NCBI GenBank assembly: GCA_964106915.2
Contig: OZ066914.1
Reading direction: 5' to 3' (one strand)
Source: Podarcis gaigeae
Taxonomy: Eukaryota
DNA: 64,000 bases
Below the pieces are notes generated by a model. The model searched no databases and was not told the DNA's origin. It was given only the letters and a program-made list of their open reading frames with translations. The position numbers and the translations under genes were made by a program. Positions 24,801 to 39,800 of the stretch are shown here, piece by piece. Within the stretch, counting starts at the first letter, position 1. Every line of letters starts with the position of its first letter.

Positions 24801-27800
24801 AAGACTACACATTCTAAACAAGTTGTCTTTCAACACACTAAAGACCAATACATCTCACAGGGTGGCCAGGTGAAAGAATGGGCAAGATTTCCCCAGCATT
24901 AATTACTGTGCAGAAGAGTGAATTTCAGTGAGATTTTTATGCACAAATGTGCAGGCAGCTTGTCCTCTTTGCCGTGTGCCCAGCCTACATCTATTATGGC
25001 CTATATCTATTATTCCATAACCAAGACCAATTTCATCAGCTGCAAGCCTGCAACTTACAAAACAGTTCAAGCTACCAGAGGCCACACACACAAAGTTCTG
25101 AATGGCTTTTAAAGGCTTTTAAAAAATTCATTAATTTTGAATGTGAAGCTAAGTGCTCTCACTCAATCAAACCAGCAGGAGCGCCGATTGCTGCCTGAGC
25201 ATACTCAGCCAGCCTCTGCCACAAACTACTGCCATGGGGTTTGTGTTGGGGCCAATTTATACATTTGATTTCGGCATAATCAAATGGTAAATCTTTTCTC
25301 TCTCTCTTTTTCCAGGAACATACAGGGTGCAAGTGGAGAAATCACATGTTTAATAACTCACTACCTCCTGTTAAAATACTTCAGTTTTTTCCACATTGCG
25401 AAGGAAAATACTGGAGAGAAGTCTTCAGTCTATAGCCTGCTTCCCAAACAAACAAACATATTTTCTGTGTGCAGAGCCATTTTTTTCCTTTTCTTTGTTA
25501 GGGAGCATTTAACTATCCAGGCCATTTTCTACACTGACTGTGCTCGATGCAGTTTAACCACCACAGAAATGCCCTCCATTTCGCATATTGTGTTAGTATC
25601 AGCAATAAAACAAAAAACACCATCATCAAACCATTACTAACCACCAAGACAACATCAGTGAAACACAATACACAAAATGCCGGAGGCTTCCAAAAAGAAC
25701 AGCTGAGCAGCTAGGCAGCATCTCTCCTTTCCTGTCAAGTGGGACCTGCCCAGCCCAAAAAGGTGGTCATGCCATCCATCCACCCCCATCCTGAGAGCAC
25801 AGTACTGGCTGTTCCATACGTTCAGGATCAAAGCTACCTTGAGTTGGTGCTGCATATCATGGTACAGTACAGCAGCCCCCCAGCAAGTGGTGCAGTGGAC
25901 TTTTTAGCTGCAATGAACACTGTCTTCAAATGCTGTGAGTGGCCTTGGCAGAGCTAGCCCTATAAGGCAGAATACCATCGCGAGATGCCAGAACTTACCA
26001 TGAGCGCCTCCCTTGTTCTCTTATAAGGGCAATGGCGCCCACCTGAGAGTGCCGGAACTGGCTTCTGAAGAATTCCGGCTGGAAAAAAAAGCCCTGCCAA
26101 TGCTTAAACAAATAGCACAGGGATGGAGGCTCAGGTCTAATTGCACTCACTCCTCTAGGCCTTGCAATCTAGCCACAGAGACTCTCCCCAGGCCACGCCC
26201 CTTCTCCAGCCACACCCCCTTTCCACAAGACACACCCCTCAGCAGCCTTGCTGCACATCCTTGGTGTGTGTTTTTGCCTGGCTCTCATGCATCTTTGAAG
26301 ACTGAAGATACTCTTACTTGCTTAGGCAGAGCAGGGCAGGCAAGTGTGTGTTGAAAGTAGCCTACTATTCAAAGGTAATATATATATATATATTGGTCCA
26401 CCCACGTTTGCCTCGGGCCCTGCCCACCAGTGACATGTGGCCCCTTGAAAGGTCATTCAGAAAGGAATGCGGCCCTCAAACTGAAAAAGTTCCCCACCCT
26501 TGATGTACTGCAAGACCACTGCATTTGAGTTATCTTTTCAACTTGTTTTCTACTGCTAGTCACACCCCTTCATTTCTTATATATTACTGGTTGTTACTTC
26601 AAAGCCATCTCTTTAAGGAGCCTTGCCCTCATACCATTTTTCCGTGATCTCTAAAACTCTGTTCAAGAAAAACAGTGTTCCTGCACCTTCTGAAGTGTAA
26701 TTTCAGATGAAGGGACCATTTGCAGCTTCCTTTCCTAGCAGTTGTTCTCTTCCCTGGAGGTACTCAGAGGGACTCTGGACAATCCCTACCTCCCTTTCAA
26801 GTCCTGGGGCTTATTTGAAAGTTCCACCTCTGAGCAGAGTGGCCAGTGGGAAGCAGCGCCTGCCCTGCCATTAGGCTGAGAAAAGCAGCCATTTCAGACA
26901 GTGGATGCTGAGAGAGTGGGGAGAATGATGGTAAGATGCTGGAGAGCTAAGCTGTATGTATGCCATGTGGTGTACCCCATGGCCCAGAAACTAGCCTGTT
27001 GCTCTCAGGAGCAGTGAAGGACAGTCTCTCATCACCAGTGCTGAGGTAGAATTCAATGCCAGGCTGCTATGAGTCAGCTGTGAGTGGGCAGTTGGAACCA
27101 TCTTGTCCTTTGCCTCAGGCAGCACAATGTCTTGGACTGGACCTGGATGGAAAAATAGTACAGGGCTCCTGCACCTTGATTGGTGCTGCTGAATTTTGCT
27201 CTTCTACACAACTACTAAAGGTGCAAGAGCACCTTCCTCTTCCACATCTGGTTGCTCTGCTTCTATATGCTTTGTGAACCAGAATTACAAGCCCCAATAT
27301 TTTTCTTTTCTGAGTCAGAGAGGAAGCCTTTTTTTCCACTCCCAGGAAGCAAAGCACCAAAACCTTTTAAACCTTGGAGCTGGAGAGCAGAATGGGAAAG
27401 ATTATCCCCAGAGTGCTGTGCTGCACTTCTGAAATGCTCTGAGCATAATTAGTTATAACAAGAATCTCATTCAGCTCTCACTTTCCCTGCCTACTATTCA
27501 AAATCTCTCCAGATTCCCCTATTCAGAAACTCAAGAGATGTAACTTTATTTTACCCTGTCAATTGACTGCATAGCGTTTTCGTGAAAAGTTCTCGGTCTA
27601 AGGTGTTCATTTTGCATTGTTTTTAAACTTATCTATGCTTTTTGCATAGTTTTAAAAACCATTTTACAGGCACTTTCAGACAACCTGTTTATTGATCATA
27701 CATCCTGATTTGTTTGCAGGCATATTAGGCAATGTTGGCCATTTAATAAACATTCATTAAAATTTGTTTACAGGGAGGTTAGGCAACTCTGCATCAAAAC

Positions 27801-30800
27801 AAGGGATACACAACACTTTCCAGGGCTTTCCCCCACAACTTTCCTGATGCGGATTTCTGGGTCAAGGCCTCTCAATCAACTAGAATTGTGCAACCTGGAT
27901 TTGCCAACATGTGATTGAAATCCCATTCAAAGTGCATTGAATTGTTTTTATTGTATGTTTGTAAGTCGCCTTGAGACTCATGTGAAAGTTGACTAATGAT
28001 AATAATAATAATATCTGGCTCTGAGTGAGTATTGCCAGCTTCCTTGGGTGTGCTTGGTGGAGACACCCTTCCTCGTCTTTCCCCTCTTCCTTGCCCTGAA
28101 GGTGGTGAAACATGTCAAGAGCCAGTGGGAGTGGGGAGAGAGAAGAAGCCGGCCATGTTCTCAGGCATGAGAAAGCAACACTCAGAGAAAAGCCTAGATG
28201 CCTGAGGAGGTTCAGTGCAATGTTCTAGTGTAAGCACTATATTTACTCCCCTTGTGGGCCTGGCACTTGCCCTCTGCCTGGTGTGTAACACAAGCTCTGG
28301 CTGCCCCGCTAGAATCTGAGGGGCTGGCACATTCCGTCGCAAAAATAGCCACCAAACCCCAAGCGAGAGGCTGACTGACTGGACAGCTGCAACAGACAGA
28401 GCTGTCACACAGAAACTGGGACTAGCAATGCATTTGGGACGTGCCCCCCCCCCCCCGCAGCATGTGGAAGGGTTGTTCTTGGCCCAGGGATGCTTCCAGT
28501 TGGACAGAGCCAAAGTCACTCAGCTTGACACATCTGGGGGGCAAGGCAACCATTTTGACTACCACTTATGCCAGATTTTAGTCCACTTATCCGCTTGTGC
28601 TTCTGATGAGGAGGAGAAATGGGGGTTGCACTATGGCATGAAGATGTTTTAAAAGCAGAGAAAAAGCAATAATGTAAAACACATGCTTTTTGACTGTCTT
28701 GGTCTTGAGGTGCAACCGTGCTATTAGATCCCTAACTGATATGGTGGGAACTCAAATGGGTTCAGTGTCCAATAGAGTGCAATAAGCAGGCTATCCGAAC
28801 TCTGTTCCCCAGCTCCCTGGTAGTCATGCACATCTGTAGAATAGAAGTTCTGTCAGTGACTTGTTTGGAAAGAGGTTGTGCCTTTTGAACTATGAATCTT
28901 GATGGATCCGAAACCTTTGCATCACTTTGGAAGTATTTATTAGCCACATCTTTGCATTTGTATTTCAGCAGTCCTAAGCAGGATTTAGGACACAGGCCCA
29001 GGACACAAATTTGCATTAACACTTGCATGTGCTAATTTATATGTCTGCTCAGGCATCCCCAACATTGTGCTTTACAGTACACCCAGCTTCCCTGTAAGCA
29101 AAGTGAAACATGAATCGCTGGCTTTTTAAAAGAGGAGGAAGAGGCAGACGATCCAGAGCACAATGCAAAATGCTGGGGCTCAGTCTCTTGTAATCAAGAC
29201 TCTTTCCCCAAAGTGTTTAGGATTTAAATTGCTGTTTTTAATTTGCGGATATCTAAGGGGGGGGGGGGAAATAGCAGATTTTATTATAGTCTACAACACT
29301 NNNNNNNNNNNNNNNNNNNNNNNNNNNNNNNNNNNNNNNNNNNNNNNNNNNNNNNNNNNNNNNNNNNNNNNNNNNNNNNNNNNNNNNNNNNNNNNNNNNN
29401 NNNNNNNNNNNNNNNNNNNNNNNNNNNNNNNNTTATGTCATTTCCTTGTGCATCTTGGTAATAAGTTGATTTCTTTTTTTAAAAGAAAGAGAAAGGAAAC
29501 CTTGGAGTTATCCTCAGGTTAAATACCATCCAATTGTGGTTGGAGCTTCCTTTCTCTCGGAGAAGAAGAAGGAAAGCGAACTGTTTCAACACAACATGAC
29601 ATGCAACACCTGTGGGACATTAGAAGTGAGGCTACATCTGCAGCAGGGGCGTAAGTGTAGTTTGCCCATACATACTCCTGCCCACCTTCGATCAAAGTCA
29701 GCATGTTATTAGTAGAGGTCTCCACAAGGGGAGTTTTGACACTTGTGAGCATCCAGTCTAGAAAAACATCCTGATGCTGGTTAGTCAACAAAAGCAAAAT
29801 TGAGCTGATTATATCAGTAGGGACAATGCTGGGAACACATAATGAATCATATTATGAGGAGTTTGGGGGATCGGGTCTGGGCTCCTTCCAAATCTTGGGA
29901 TCTGGGTGTGGGGATTCAGTGGAATGTATAAGAGCAAGCTTGCCAAAGCAGTTCCTTTGTCAAGGTAAGTGCCATAAACAAAGAAGAAAAAAAGCCAGAG
30001 AAATGTGTGAGAGCTGAGCTGGGAGCTGGAGGCAGAGAGAGACATGTTTTTGCTCTGTGTTGGATTCAGAGCTGTAACTAATTGAGAAGGAAGTGTGAAT
30101 GCTGTGAGCTCCTCCATCTTATGCTCAGGTTGCACTTACATGCAAATAAAACCATATAGCCTAAAAACACCACAGTTGACCTTCATTCCATGGAAACTGA
30201 ACACTGGAGTCTCTTACTGCTCAGAGGTTGAGTTGGCATTTAACAGTACGAACCATATGAAACAAAGAAAAGTGATTAAGCACAGCAGGTGCAGAGAGGA
30301 TCAATGATAATCTAAGGCGTGTGGGAAGCCTATCTGTGTTTGTAGCATGGAAAAGCAGATCAAAGAAGAGCTAACCCTAATCTCCTGTCTAGGCAGCTAG
30401 TCCTAGGTACTAAAATTAAAAAAAAAAATTGTTTAACCGAGAAGAATGTAGAGACTGCCAGCATGGGTCAACACTGGAATACAGTCTGCAATGGGATGTG
30501 AAATAGCATATATGGCATCTTTCATATATTAAATAATTATAACAAGCCCATACACATTTAGGATTAGGAAACATGGCATCTAAGGGCAGAGGATGTTACA
30601 CTTGGGAATCTTCACACACACAAATTTGGTAACAGAAACGGCAACAAACCCACCACCTCTTTTTCATTATACCTAATCCTTTCTTCAACACATGCACACA
30701 CAACTTGCTCACTCTTGCACAAAATTACAGTGCACATATGCCAGATTATCCACACATTGAAGGAATGCCTTCTGCTATCTGGAGAGCAGAATAAACTCTT

Positions 30801-33800
30801 TCTTTGAATCAACTTCGGTGTCATTTGACTTCCTTCCTCCTGTCCTGGAGCAACGCAGACCCAATCGGTGAACTCAAATAAGGCTACAACATAAACACAT
30901 GTTCTTCCCCCACCCGATCCCTACATCCTGGTCATGCACAAACACACACCCATTGGGGTACACATTTACTGAGTTCTACTGTTCTGCCAACCTAGCAGTT
31001 CAAAAGCATGCCAAAGTGCAAGTAGATAAATAGGTACCGCTCCGGTGGGAAGGTAAACAGTGTTTCTGTGCGCTGCTCTGGTTTGCCAGAAGTGGCTTAG
31101 TCATGCTGGCCACATGACCTGGAAGCTATACGCCGGCTCCCTTGGCCTGTAAAGCGAGATGAGCGCAGCAACCCCAGAGTCAGTCACGACTGGACCTAAT
31201 GGTCAGGGGTCCCATTACCTTTACTGTTCTGTTAGATAGGCCCTTCTGGTGAAAAAGGAAAGTTTGTCACCTCATACCCCTCCAATTTTTCCTTTTAATT
31301 CTCTAGTGACAGTTTGGTGGGGGTTATTTGTCAGCAAGGGAACAGGGTAAACTCAGGCAGAGCCACACCATACACTTAAAGCACATTCAATACACGTTTA
31401 AAGAACATAGCTTTCCCCCAAAGAATCCTGGGAACTGTAGTTTGTTAAGGGTGTGAAGAATGGTAGCTCCTTGAGGGCAAAACTACAGTTCCCAGGATTC
31501 TTTGGAGGAAGTTTTAGTTTTGCTTTAAATGTATTTCCTTTATTTGTGTTGTGAATTATCTTCAGTGTATTTCACCTTGGGACAGTTGTTTAGAAGGTGC
31601 CTAAACAATAAATTAATAATAATAGTCATGTGCTTTAAATGTCCACTGAATGTAACTTAATGGATGGTGTGGCTGGTGCTATTACCCACAAAGCAGAGCT
31701 CAAATCGGTTGATTACAGATATTTTGCAACCCTATGCCTCCCCAACCAAGAGTAAACACCACTGAACTCAAAGGGACTTACTTCTGAAAACACGCATATA
31801 TAGAATTGCCCTGTCAACCACTCTTGTTGGTTTATCCATAAGGGCAAATCAGGAAGCAGGAGACTGGGATTTAAAAGCAAGCACTGGATTTTCCAACAGC
31901 ACATGATGCCAGAGTGGCCAGATGCACAAGAGGATGGGGCTCCTACACCTTAAATAGGCATAGGGAATTTCAACAGGTGTAGCTGGATTGACAAGTTAAA
32001 TGTTAAAGAGTGCCACTGTCCTGTTCTCTTTTTCACATGGTCATTCTACATTACCTTCCGAAGAGAGAGGCCCACTGTCTTAGTTTGCCCTAGAGAAGGC
32101 ATGACCTACACTGGATTAAATTCAATGCTTTTCTGTGAAGGCTGCCACTCCCCTGCCCCCCTGCTTCTGGCAGTCATTTTGTGCTGGCGCCTACAACACT
32201 TTTATCATGATCTGTATCAGCACCTAACTTTTGACCGAAACACTAATTAGACTGGATTATTCCATTGTTTTCATTATTCTGGTGTTAATTGTCCCCAAGC
32301 AATTGAGGGGGTCTCTGCTTAGAAAAGCACACCATGCCTACCATGGAATAGACCTACCTTTTCTGAAACCTGCAAATCTCAACTTTCTCCTCACAATTAG
32401 CAGCTCTCTTGTTGCAGAGAGAGTGGGTGAGTGATTCATGTCAAAGCCTCAGAACAAGCAGGTGTGGATCTGAGGACTCACCACATTCCTGGAGGGGGAC
32501 AACATAAATAGGCTGCCCAGGTAGTTTTACTGGCACTTAGTCTTGCTCCACCCATTGTGGATTAGACATTGGTCACTCCCCTTTTGGTCTTTAAATAATC
32601 TTTCCATTCTTTAGCAGAGTGCAGACTTCTTGCACCTTATAGACTTCGCTCCTTAGCCATACTAGCCTCACATTCACTATATGGTACTCTTATCTCTTCC
32701 CCCCCTCCCGTTATGATCTGACTTATTCACACTATCACTTGACTCATATATAGACCATCTTGTGTACTAATCAATTCTCCCAGGTATAAAAGCTTTTCTC
32801 ATTCTTCCACAGCTGTTATTTGTTAAAATCCTACCTTAGCTGCTGAACTGAAGCTCAGTTAAGCAAAATCTTCAGATTTTCTATGCATCTGATAAGATCC
32901 ACTTCAGCGGGCAAGATTGGATTTTCGCAAAGCATAGCTTCAGAACAATGAGAAACGCACTCCGAGCTGGGAGAAGTGATCAATACACAATACAGTCAAA
33001 ATACAGGTCAAGCAAATGTGTGAGTGAGCCCCATGTCTCATCTTTTCAGCAAATGTCTTGGCCCAACTCTCTGAAAATCCAGCTCCTTCTCCTCCTTTCT
33101 GAGAGCATGTTCATATTACTCTGCCTCCATTGTACTCCGACTGCTAGTTTGTGAAGCCGCACTTACAAGACCTTAGCCACAAGCCCTATGAATCCTCTAG
33201 CTCAAAGCACTTTTTCCTCAAACCAGCTTCCATTTGACCAGAAAACTTGCCTTAAGATGCTTCAGACAGGTGCCAACCATGGTACCTCTCACAGGATTCC
33301 CCTACTGATCATCTTCTCACCTGTGGCGAGAAGGATCTGAAATTGGATCTCCCACTCCACGCACACCCTCTTTAAAACAGCTAGGTGGGCGACTGTTTTC
33401 AATCAGCGCAGTGGTGGGGATCTTTAAGCTCTTCCCTTGTCTTATTTCCCATATGTACCTCACCCCCCCCTTGCTACAGAAGGAAACAAGGCAAGTACCT
33501 GTATGATGGAATCAAGGTGTTGGCAGGGACATCAAAGGTCCAACCCCGGCCAATGCTGAAAATCTGCTGCTACAGCAATCCCTGGTCGAATGGGTGCCTC
33601 CCCCACCCTGTAGAGTCAATTACGGGTTTTGAGGAGTCATTAGGCTGGGGAAACAGTGGGAGGGGGAGCATTAAAACTGCTCCAGTTTTAGTGCATGTGT
33701 ACATACCCCTGTACATACACATTTGCTTTAAAGGGAAAGCATGAGATACCTAGTCACACAGATCTTCCACATTTGCTTCAACCCTAATTCTACCTCACAT

Positions 33801-36800
33801 CAAGAAAGGGAAGAGCAGGGCATAGGCAATGGGGGTCGCGGAGGGAAAAGGGCAGAAGGCCCTGCAGCTGCATCCTGTTTTGGTGCCTCAGAACACTGAA
33901 AGGCAGAGGCACTTTTTTCCAAATGAGAACTTGGCACCTGTTCTAATGCAACCTAAGGCCCCTTTTCTGCCCTTCTGTCCCTGTTTTCACATGTACATTT
34001 GAACAAATAAAGATGGCTAGCCAGAAAATACAAGTGCATAGATATGTATGCATTTGCAAACGTGCATACGGGTTTGTTAAAGCATTGTGGTTTTAATCCT
34101 TTGCTTCCAGGCAAATACCTGCACAGTTTATTGTGCTGGCTGTGGTCCACAGCCTGGCAGCTGTCCAGTTTCAAACCTCTTCTTTCCGTAGAGCCTCTTG
34201 AGGCAGGCAAATGACTTGCCTATGATGCTGTGCTCCCAAAAAATGCTGTCCCAGTGCTGACACCTGAAAAAATCAGGTCCCCATGTCACCCTCCTTAAAA
34301 GAGTAACTATCTCAGATGCGGGATCTCCACCCACCCAGTATAACTGCTTAGGACAATGGCAAAGGTACCAGGAGATCAATCATCACCTGGCACAGAAACT
34401 CTGAGCTTCACCAGCAATGTTGTTCGCTACTACGTTTTCTTCTCTGCTCCTGCAGAGCCATGATGCAGTCTTGTCCCACATATGGGGGCACTGGAAGTGG
34501 GCCCTCGATCCCATAATTATGAAGGGGACAGTCGTGCCAGCATGCCAACCCCTCCCTGCCGCCCTTGTTAAGCTAATCAGCCTTGAAGTCAGCACCTGTG
34601 AAGGTTGGCAAGGCAGAGCAGAGCAGAGCAGAGCACAGGACTAGGTGTTCTTGCAAGGTTTGTCCCCAAGGATGGCACTGCAGCATGGATACAAAAAGGC
34701 TGGGCACCAAGTCAGAAAGAGAGAGAGAGAGATGAAAAGGACCAGGTGAGTCCTTGGCAAATGAGGAGTTAGTGCGGAAAGGCTGCAGGAGGAGGAGAGC
34801 GAAGGGCAATGGAATGAGAGCACTGTTGATGACTGCCAAAGGGAAGGGGCCGAAGAAGAAGGGTGCACATAGCAAGGACACAATGGGCTGGCTTAAAATA
34901 AAAATTAAAACCAGGCTCCAGAGAGGGACTTTGGCCACGTTGAATAGAGGTGGCGTAGCAGTGTGGTGAGGAGTGTCAGCTGGAGCCAAGCAGGCCATGG
35001 CTTGAATTTCAACGCAGGCAGTGATCTTGTTTATGTGGCTTGAATCAAGAGGAGGCCTCACAGCTCCATGGCAGGACACCTGGTTTGCATGCAAAAGGTC
35101 CTAGGTCCAGGCCCTGACATCACCATCAGAAAGGATCAGGGGGTAGGTAGTGGTGGAAGGGCCCCCATCTGAGACCCTGAGTCATTATCAGACATAGACA
35201 GGCTGGGTGGACAAATAGCCTGCCCTGGTCGAAGGCAGCTTCCTATGTCTCCCTAAGCCATCATCTCTCTCCACCTGGAGATACCACATCACAGCAAATG
35301 CCAGCCGAAGCCCAAGAGTACCATTGTTTCTGCACCTACAATGGCAGCCACCATAGCAATTTTCCCAAATCGCGATGCCCCAAGTGTTTTGTCATTCTGT
35401 GGCATTCTGGGTAAGGAGCACATGGTGGCCATCAGACAATTTTTTTCTTCTACCCTACTGTACTGCAGAACAATTGCATTGGGGGGAGGCTTTGTGTTTT
35501 GGGAAAACAGGGGCTGCCTCCAGACTCTCAGTATTTTGTGGGAGGTTTTCAAGCAGGCAGATTAGATGAAAACTCATCTCCCACCCAGCCCAAATCAAAT
35601 GATGAAGAAGCTTAATTATATCACTTCAAATGTGGAATTATTAGTGTCCCTAAATGTACTTTAACTGTACGGTGTGAATGTGACCAATGTAGTCCCTGAT
35701 CATGATAGCTGTTGGTCTTTCCTTTCTGCTGCCCCTTCCTTCTGCCGATAAACAAGAAATTCTGGGACTGGGAGTCCCTGGGAGTGCATTTCACACAGGG
35801 CACAGATCTCTTTGTCTCTCAAATGAGAATTCCTAGTTTAACTGCACAAGCACATACTCAGTTCTAAAGAAGGGATGGGGCCATGACTCGCTGTTCAGAA
35901 TATTACTTGTTTTGCTCTAGCACTGCTTTTGATTGGCTCTAGAAAAAAACCCAAAAGATCTGGACAGTAGGTGCACAGCTACAGGGAAATCAGCTTGCAC
36001 AAACATTGCCAAGCCTTATCTACAATTTAGCTTCAGCTTCCCGGGCTGGGATCCCCTGGATCTCTGATCCCCAATAAAGTGCTTCTTTCCTCCTCATGCT
36101 TGGGTCCTGCCTTTGGGTTGAAAATGGGGTGAGGTTGGTGGCATAAACAAAATGAGATGTCCATCCTCTTCTTCCTCAGACTATTACAATCCATAGCATC
36201 TGGCTGGTCATGGTTAGGAACGAAAAAGGTTCTGATCCAGAAAGGTAACTCATACATTTTGGATAAAGGTGGTCTGATTGACATCAGCAGTAGGATTCCC
36301 CCCACCCACCAGAAGACTCTTGTTTCATCAGTACCAACCAGACCCCTACCTAATACCGTGGGATACTCTTAGTAGAAGCCCTGGATTAGTATCATAGAAT
36401 CATAGAGTTGGAAGGGATTCTCAGGGTCATTATTTGGTCCAACCCGTTGCAATGCTGGAATCCAGCCCACAGCCATCCCTGGGTGGGCTTGAACTGCCAG
36501 CCTTCTGGTTAATAGCCAGATGCACAGACCTATTGCGCCACACCACCTAGGTCTACATTACTACTTCTACACTGAACAATGATAATTCTTAAGGAAAATA
36601 GGCAGAAAAGGGCAACTTCTAACTTTGCGAATCAGATGTGGGCAGAGTGGGGTGGTTTACCCAAGCAGTGGATGCTGAGGGCATGGAGCAGAGGTTAAGT
36701 ATTGGAGCTGTGTGTACCTTGCATCCTGCCCTGCACCCAAAAGCTAGCCTGGTGCCAGTGGAAGTCGGCCCATGATTAGGTCAACTGGGCAACTGCCCCC

Positions 36801-39800
36801 ACCAACTTCAGCGTGCCCTTAACAAGCTCGCACTCGCCTGTGTTTACTTGCAACCAGTCCAGGGGTCTGGCTATTGCCATCCTCTTCATTGGTCTTATGG
36901 TTGCCCCTTGTAGAAATCAGCAGGTGGAGTCCAAAACGGAATTAACTGGCTCTGCCTGTCATTGGCTCTAGCTCCACCTACTGCAGGCCTCCTGCATTAC
37001 ACCTTGCCAGTCCCAATAGACAGCAGCCACCACTGCCTGCCTAATGCCCTGCGGTGCAGGGGAGGGTGCTGTGAGTACTGAAGTAAGATCAAGCTGCCAG
37101 TCTTGTTGGCTTGTGGTAATGAAATGGAATGGGCCACTGGAATAGCTCAACTGGTAGAACATGAGAAGCTCAGGGTTGTGGGTTTGAACCCTGTGTTGGG
37201 CAAAATCTTCCTGCATTGCAGAGGATTGAACAAGATGACCCTTCCAATTCTATGATTCTATGCTGCTTGCTGGGACCAGGATGTGGCAGGGCAGCAGCAG
37301 GGGTAGGCATGTCCCAAGTTGACAGCTGTGGGTCCAGGTGTGTGCACACTTATGCCTGCCACCACCATCAATCCACCTCACCCCACCCCACCTTGGTCCT
37401 GCTGAGTGGCAGCACTGCCTCCACCTCATGCAACTTGCAACTGGCAAGATGTCCAGGGCCAGTCCTGGGAAGATTGTGCATGAGGTGGTAATTGAATTGA
37501 CCCTCATACTAACAGCAACAACAACACTTTCCTTTTTCTTGTCCCCACTCAGACATTGTGTGCACTTAAGAAGAGCCCTGCCGGATCAGGCCAAAGGCCA
37601 AAGGCTCACAGTGGCCAACCAGATGCCTATAGGAAGCCTGCATGCAGGGACGTATATGTGGAGGTCAGAGCATGATGACATTGCTGGCCACATGCCCAGC
37701 ATCCATGTGGCACCTTCTATGTGTCTTGGAAGTCCAGACACCTGCCTACGGAAAGCCTATGTGCGAACAGCTGTTCACACATAGGCTCCCACGTGATCAG
37801 AGACCCTGGTTGCGCAGGGTTTCTTCCGATGTGGAACTTTCCCCATGCAGACAGCCCTTGCACGAGTATCCAGAGGGCATGGCCAGAGCCACGCAATATG
37901 TTGGGGCTGAGGCCAGCAGTGCAGTCCTGTTGCTCTCTTCCTCTGTGTGTAGGTTCTCTACACATAGAGAACACCTGAATGGGATAATTGCTAAGCACCA
38001 TTGAAAGCAGGGGCATTGCTAGGCGGTATTTAAAAGACTCAGGGCACAGGCCCATGACACACATTTGCAAACAACAACCAACACCTATATGCCAAATTGT
38101 ATGTAGAGATGTGGATGGTGGGTGGGCAGAATCTCACCAGCCCTGGGGTCTGCAGTGTGCCCAACTGTCCTGTAAGCAAAGTAAATTCCTTCCTCCAGTG
38201 GCAGCAGAGCAGCCCTAAATCTGCATTGCAAACCTACATTGTGTTAAGAGAAACAGTGGTTTCATACCCTCCATCACCAAGCACATAAGGTAACATTAGA
38301 GATGGGCCTTCCACCCCGAGGCCTAACCCATGCGATCCTTCCCTCTTACATGGAGGAAAGCAACATTATGCTCGGTTAGCCTCACATCATATTATATGGT
38401 GGTGAGCGGGGAACCCTACAGCATAAGAAAAATGGCTGCCTCAACCAGGTAGGACTGAACTCCTCTATGTTTCTTCTCTGTTACCAGTATCTCTGGAACC
38501 GAAACCGTTAGGCCTTGTTACAAAACATTTGCTACTCACCTATCCAGGCCAGCTGCGAAGTTGGGTGCCATCATCCCCACCCCTGGTCAGTCGTCTCCTT
38601 AAGCTGCAGCTTACCTGGCTCTGAGGAATCTCTTGCCATATTGAATTTCCCACAATGCCTTGGAGTGGACTGGTGCATTTTGGGCAGTTTAACATGGCCG
38701 GTGGCTTCCCAGACTCAGGGAAGCTCACAAATAGGCAAGCAAGTGGACTGAAGGGGCATCTGCCTCAGCATGGGCAGATCCTACCATGGCCTTTTTAGCT
38801 TGGCATTTACCCAAGTGTTCCAGATGCTCATTCTGGCCCTGTGTCTAACAAAGGAGGCCTAGGAAGAAGGTAGGCCTCCCCAGGCTGTTAAAAGTATACA
38901 AAGCTTGAGGATTTGAACATATTTGTTTCCTCTGCAGACACTGAACGTGGAACAGGGCAAGGGACGGGGGAGGGGAGGGGTAAATTTACAAAGCTGCCGT
39001 CCACACATTCCCCGTGAAGCTTTTGGGCCATATTAGGGCCAGGGTTGTTTTTCCCCTGGCCCAGATGTATCTGTATCCATCCAGGTTATGCCCTTCACCT
39101 CCCTGACAAAATGGGTGCCAGTGCCAACAATTCCCCAAGAGGAACAGCTGCCATGTGATTCTCTGGTGGTTTGGACGATGCTCAGAGAACACAACCCAGA
39201 GATGGCGCCAAATGCGTTTGTAACACAAATATGGGATTTTTCAGGAATGTGGGGACCCCAAGGCTGCAAAGATGGCAGGAGCCTCCCTAACACAACAACA
39301 GCAGAGTTGCCAAGCCTGAAAGAGTTGTTCTCTGCCTCTCCTGTCCTTGACGCCGATTCAGAAAAATGAACCACACCTAGCAGTGTTTTCCCTTCTACGC
39401 CTCTCTTAATACCGTTAAAGGGAAAAGGGTGTTTTCTCTGTGTTTTCTAACCCAGTAAGCCCAACTTTAACCCGAAATCTGAGCAGAGATCAGAGAACTG
39501 TGATGCAAAAACAGGATGTATTGCCTCTGCACACGCCAGTCCTGGCCTATGTACTGCCACCACCTTCCCAGTGGGCCCACTTTAACCCAAACCACCACCT
39601 ATCTCTGACGCAAGCCGCGATGAAGGAATCTTTCGGTTGGTAATCTTCAGCTTCTATTGCACACCCAGCACCACTGCAGAACCACAGATCATATTAAGTT
39701 TATGGAGGATGCTGGGAGGGAAGGATGATTCAGAAGATGGTGCCAGAAGCAACCTACGTGGCAGGGTGCCGGCAGAGTGTGAGGCATTTTTAATTTCCTG

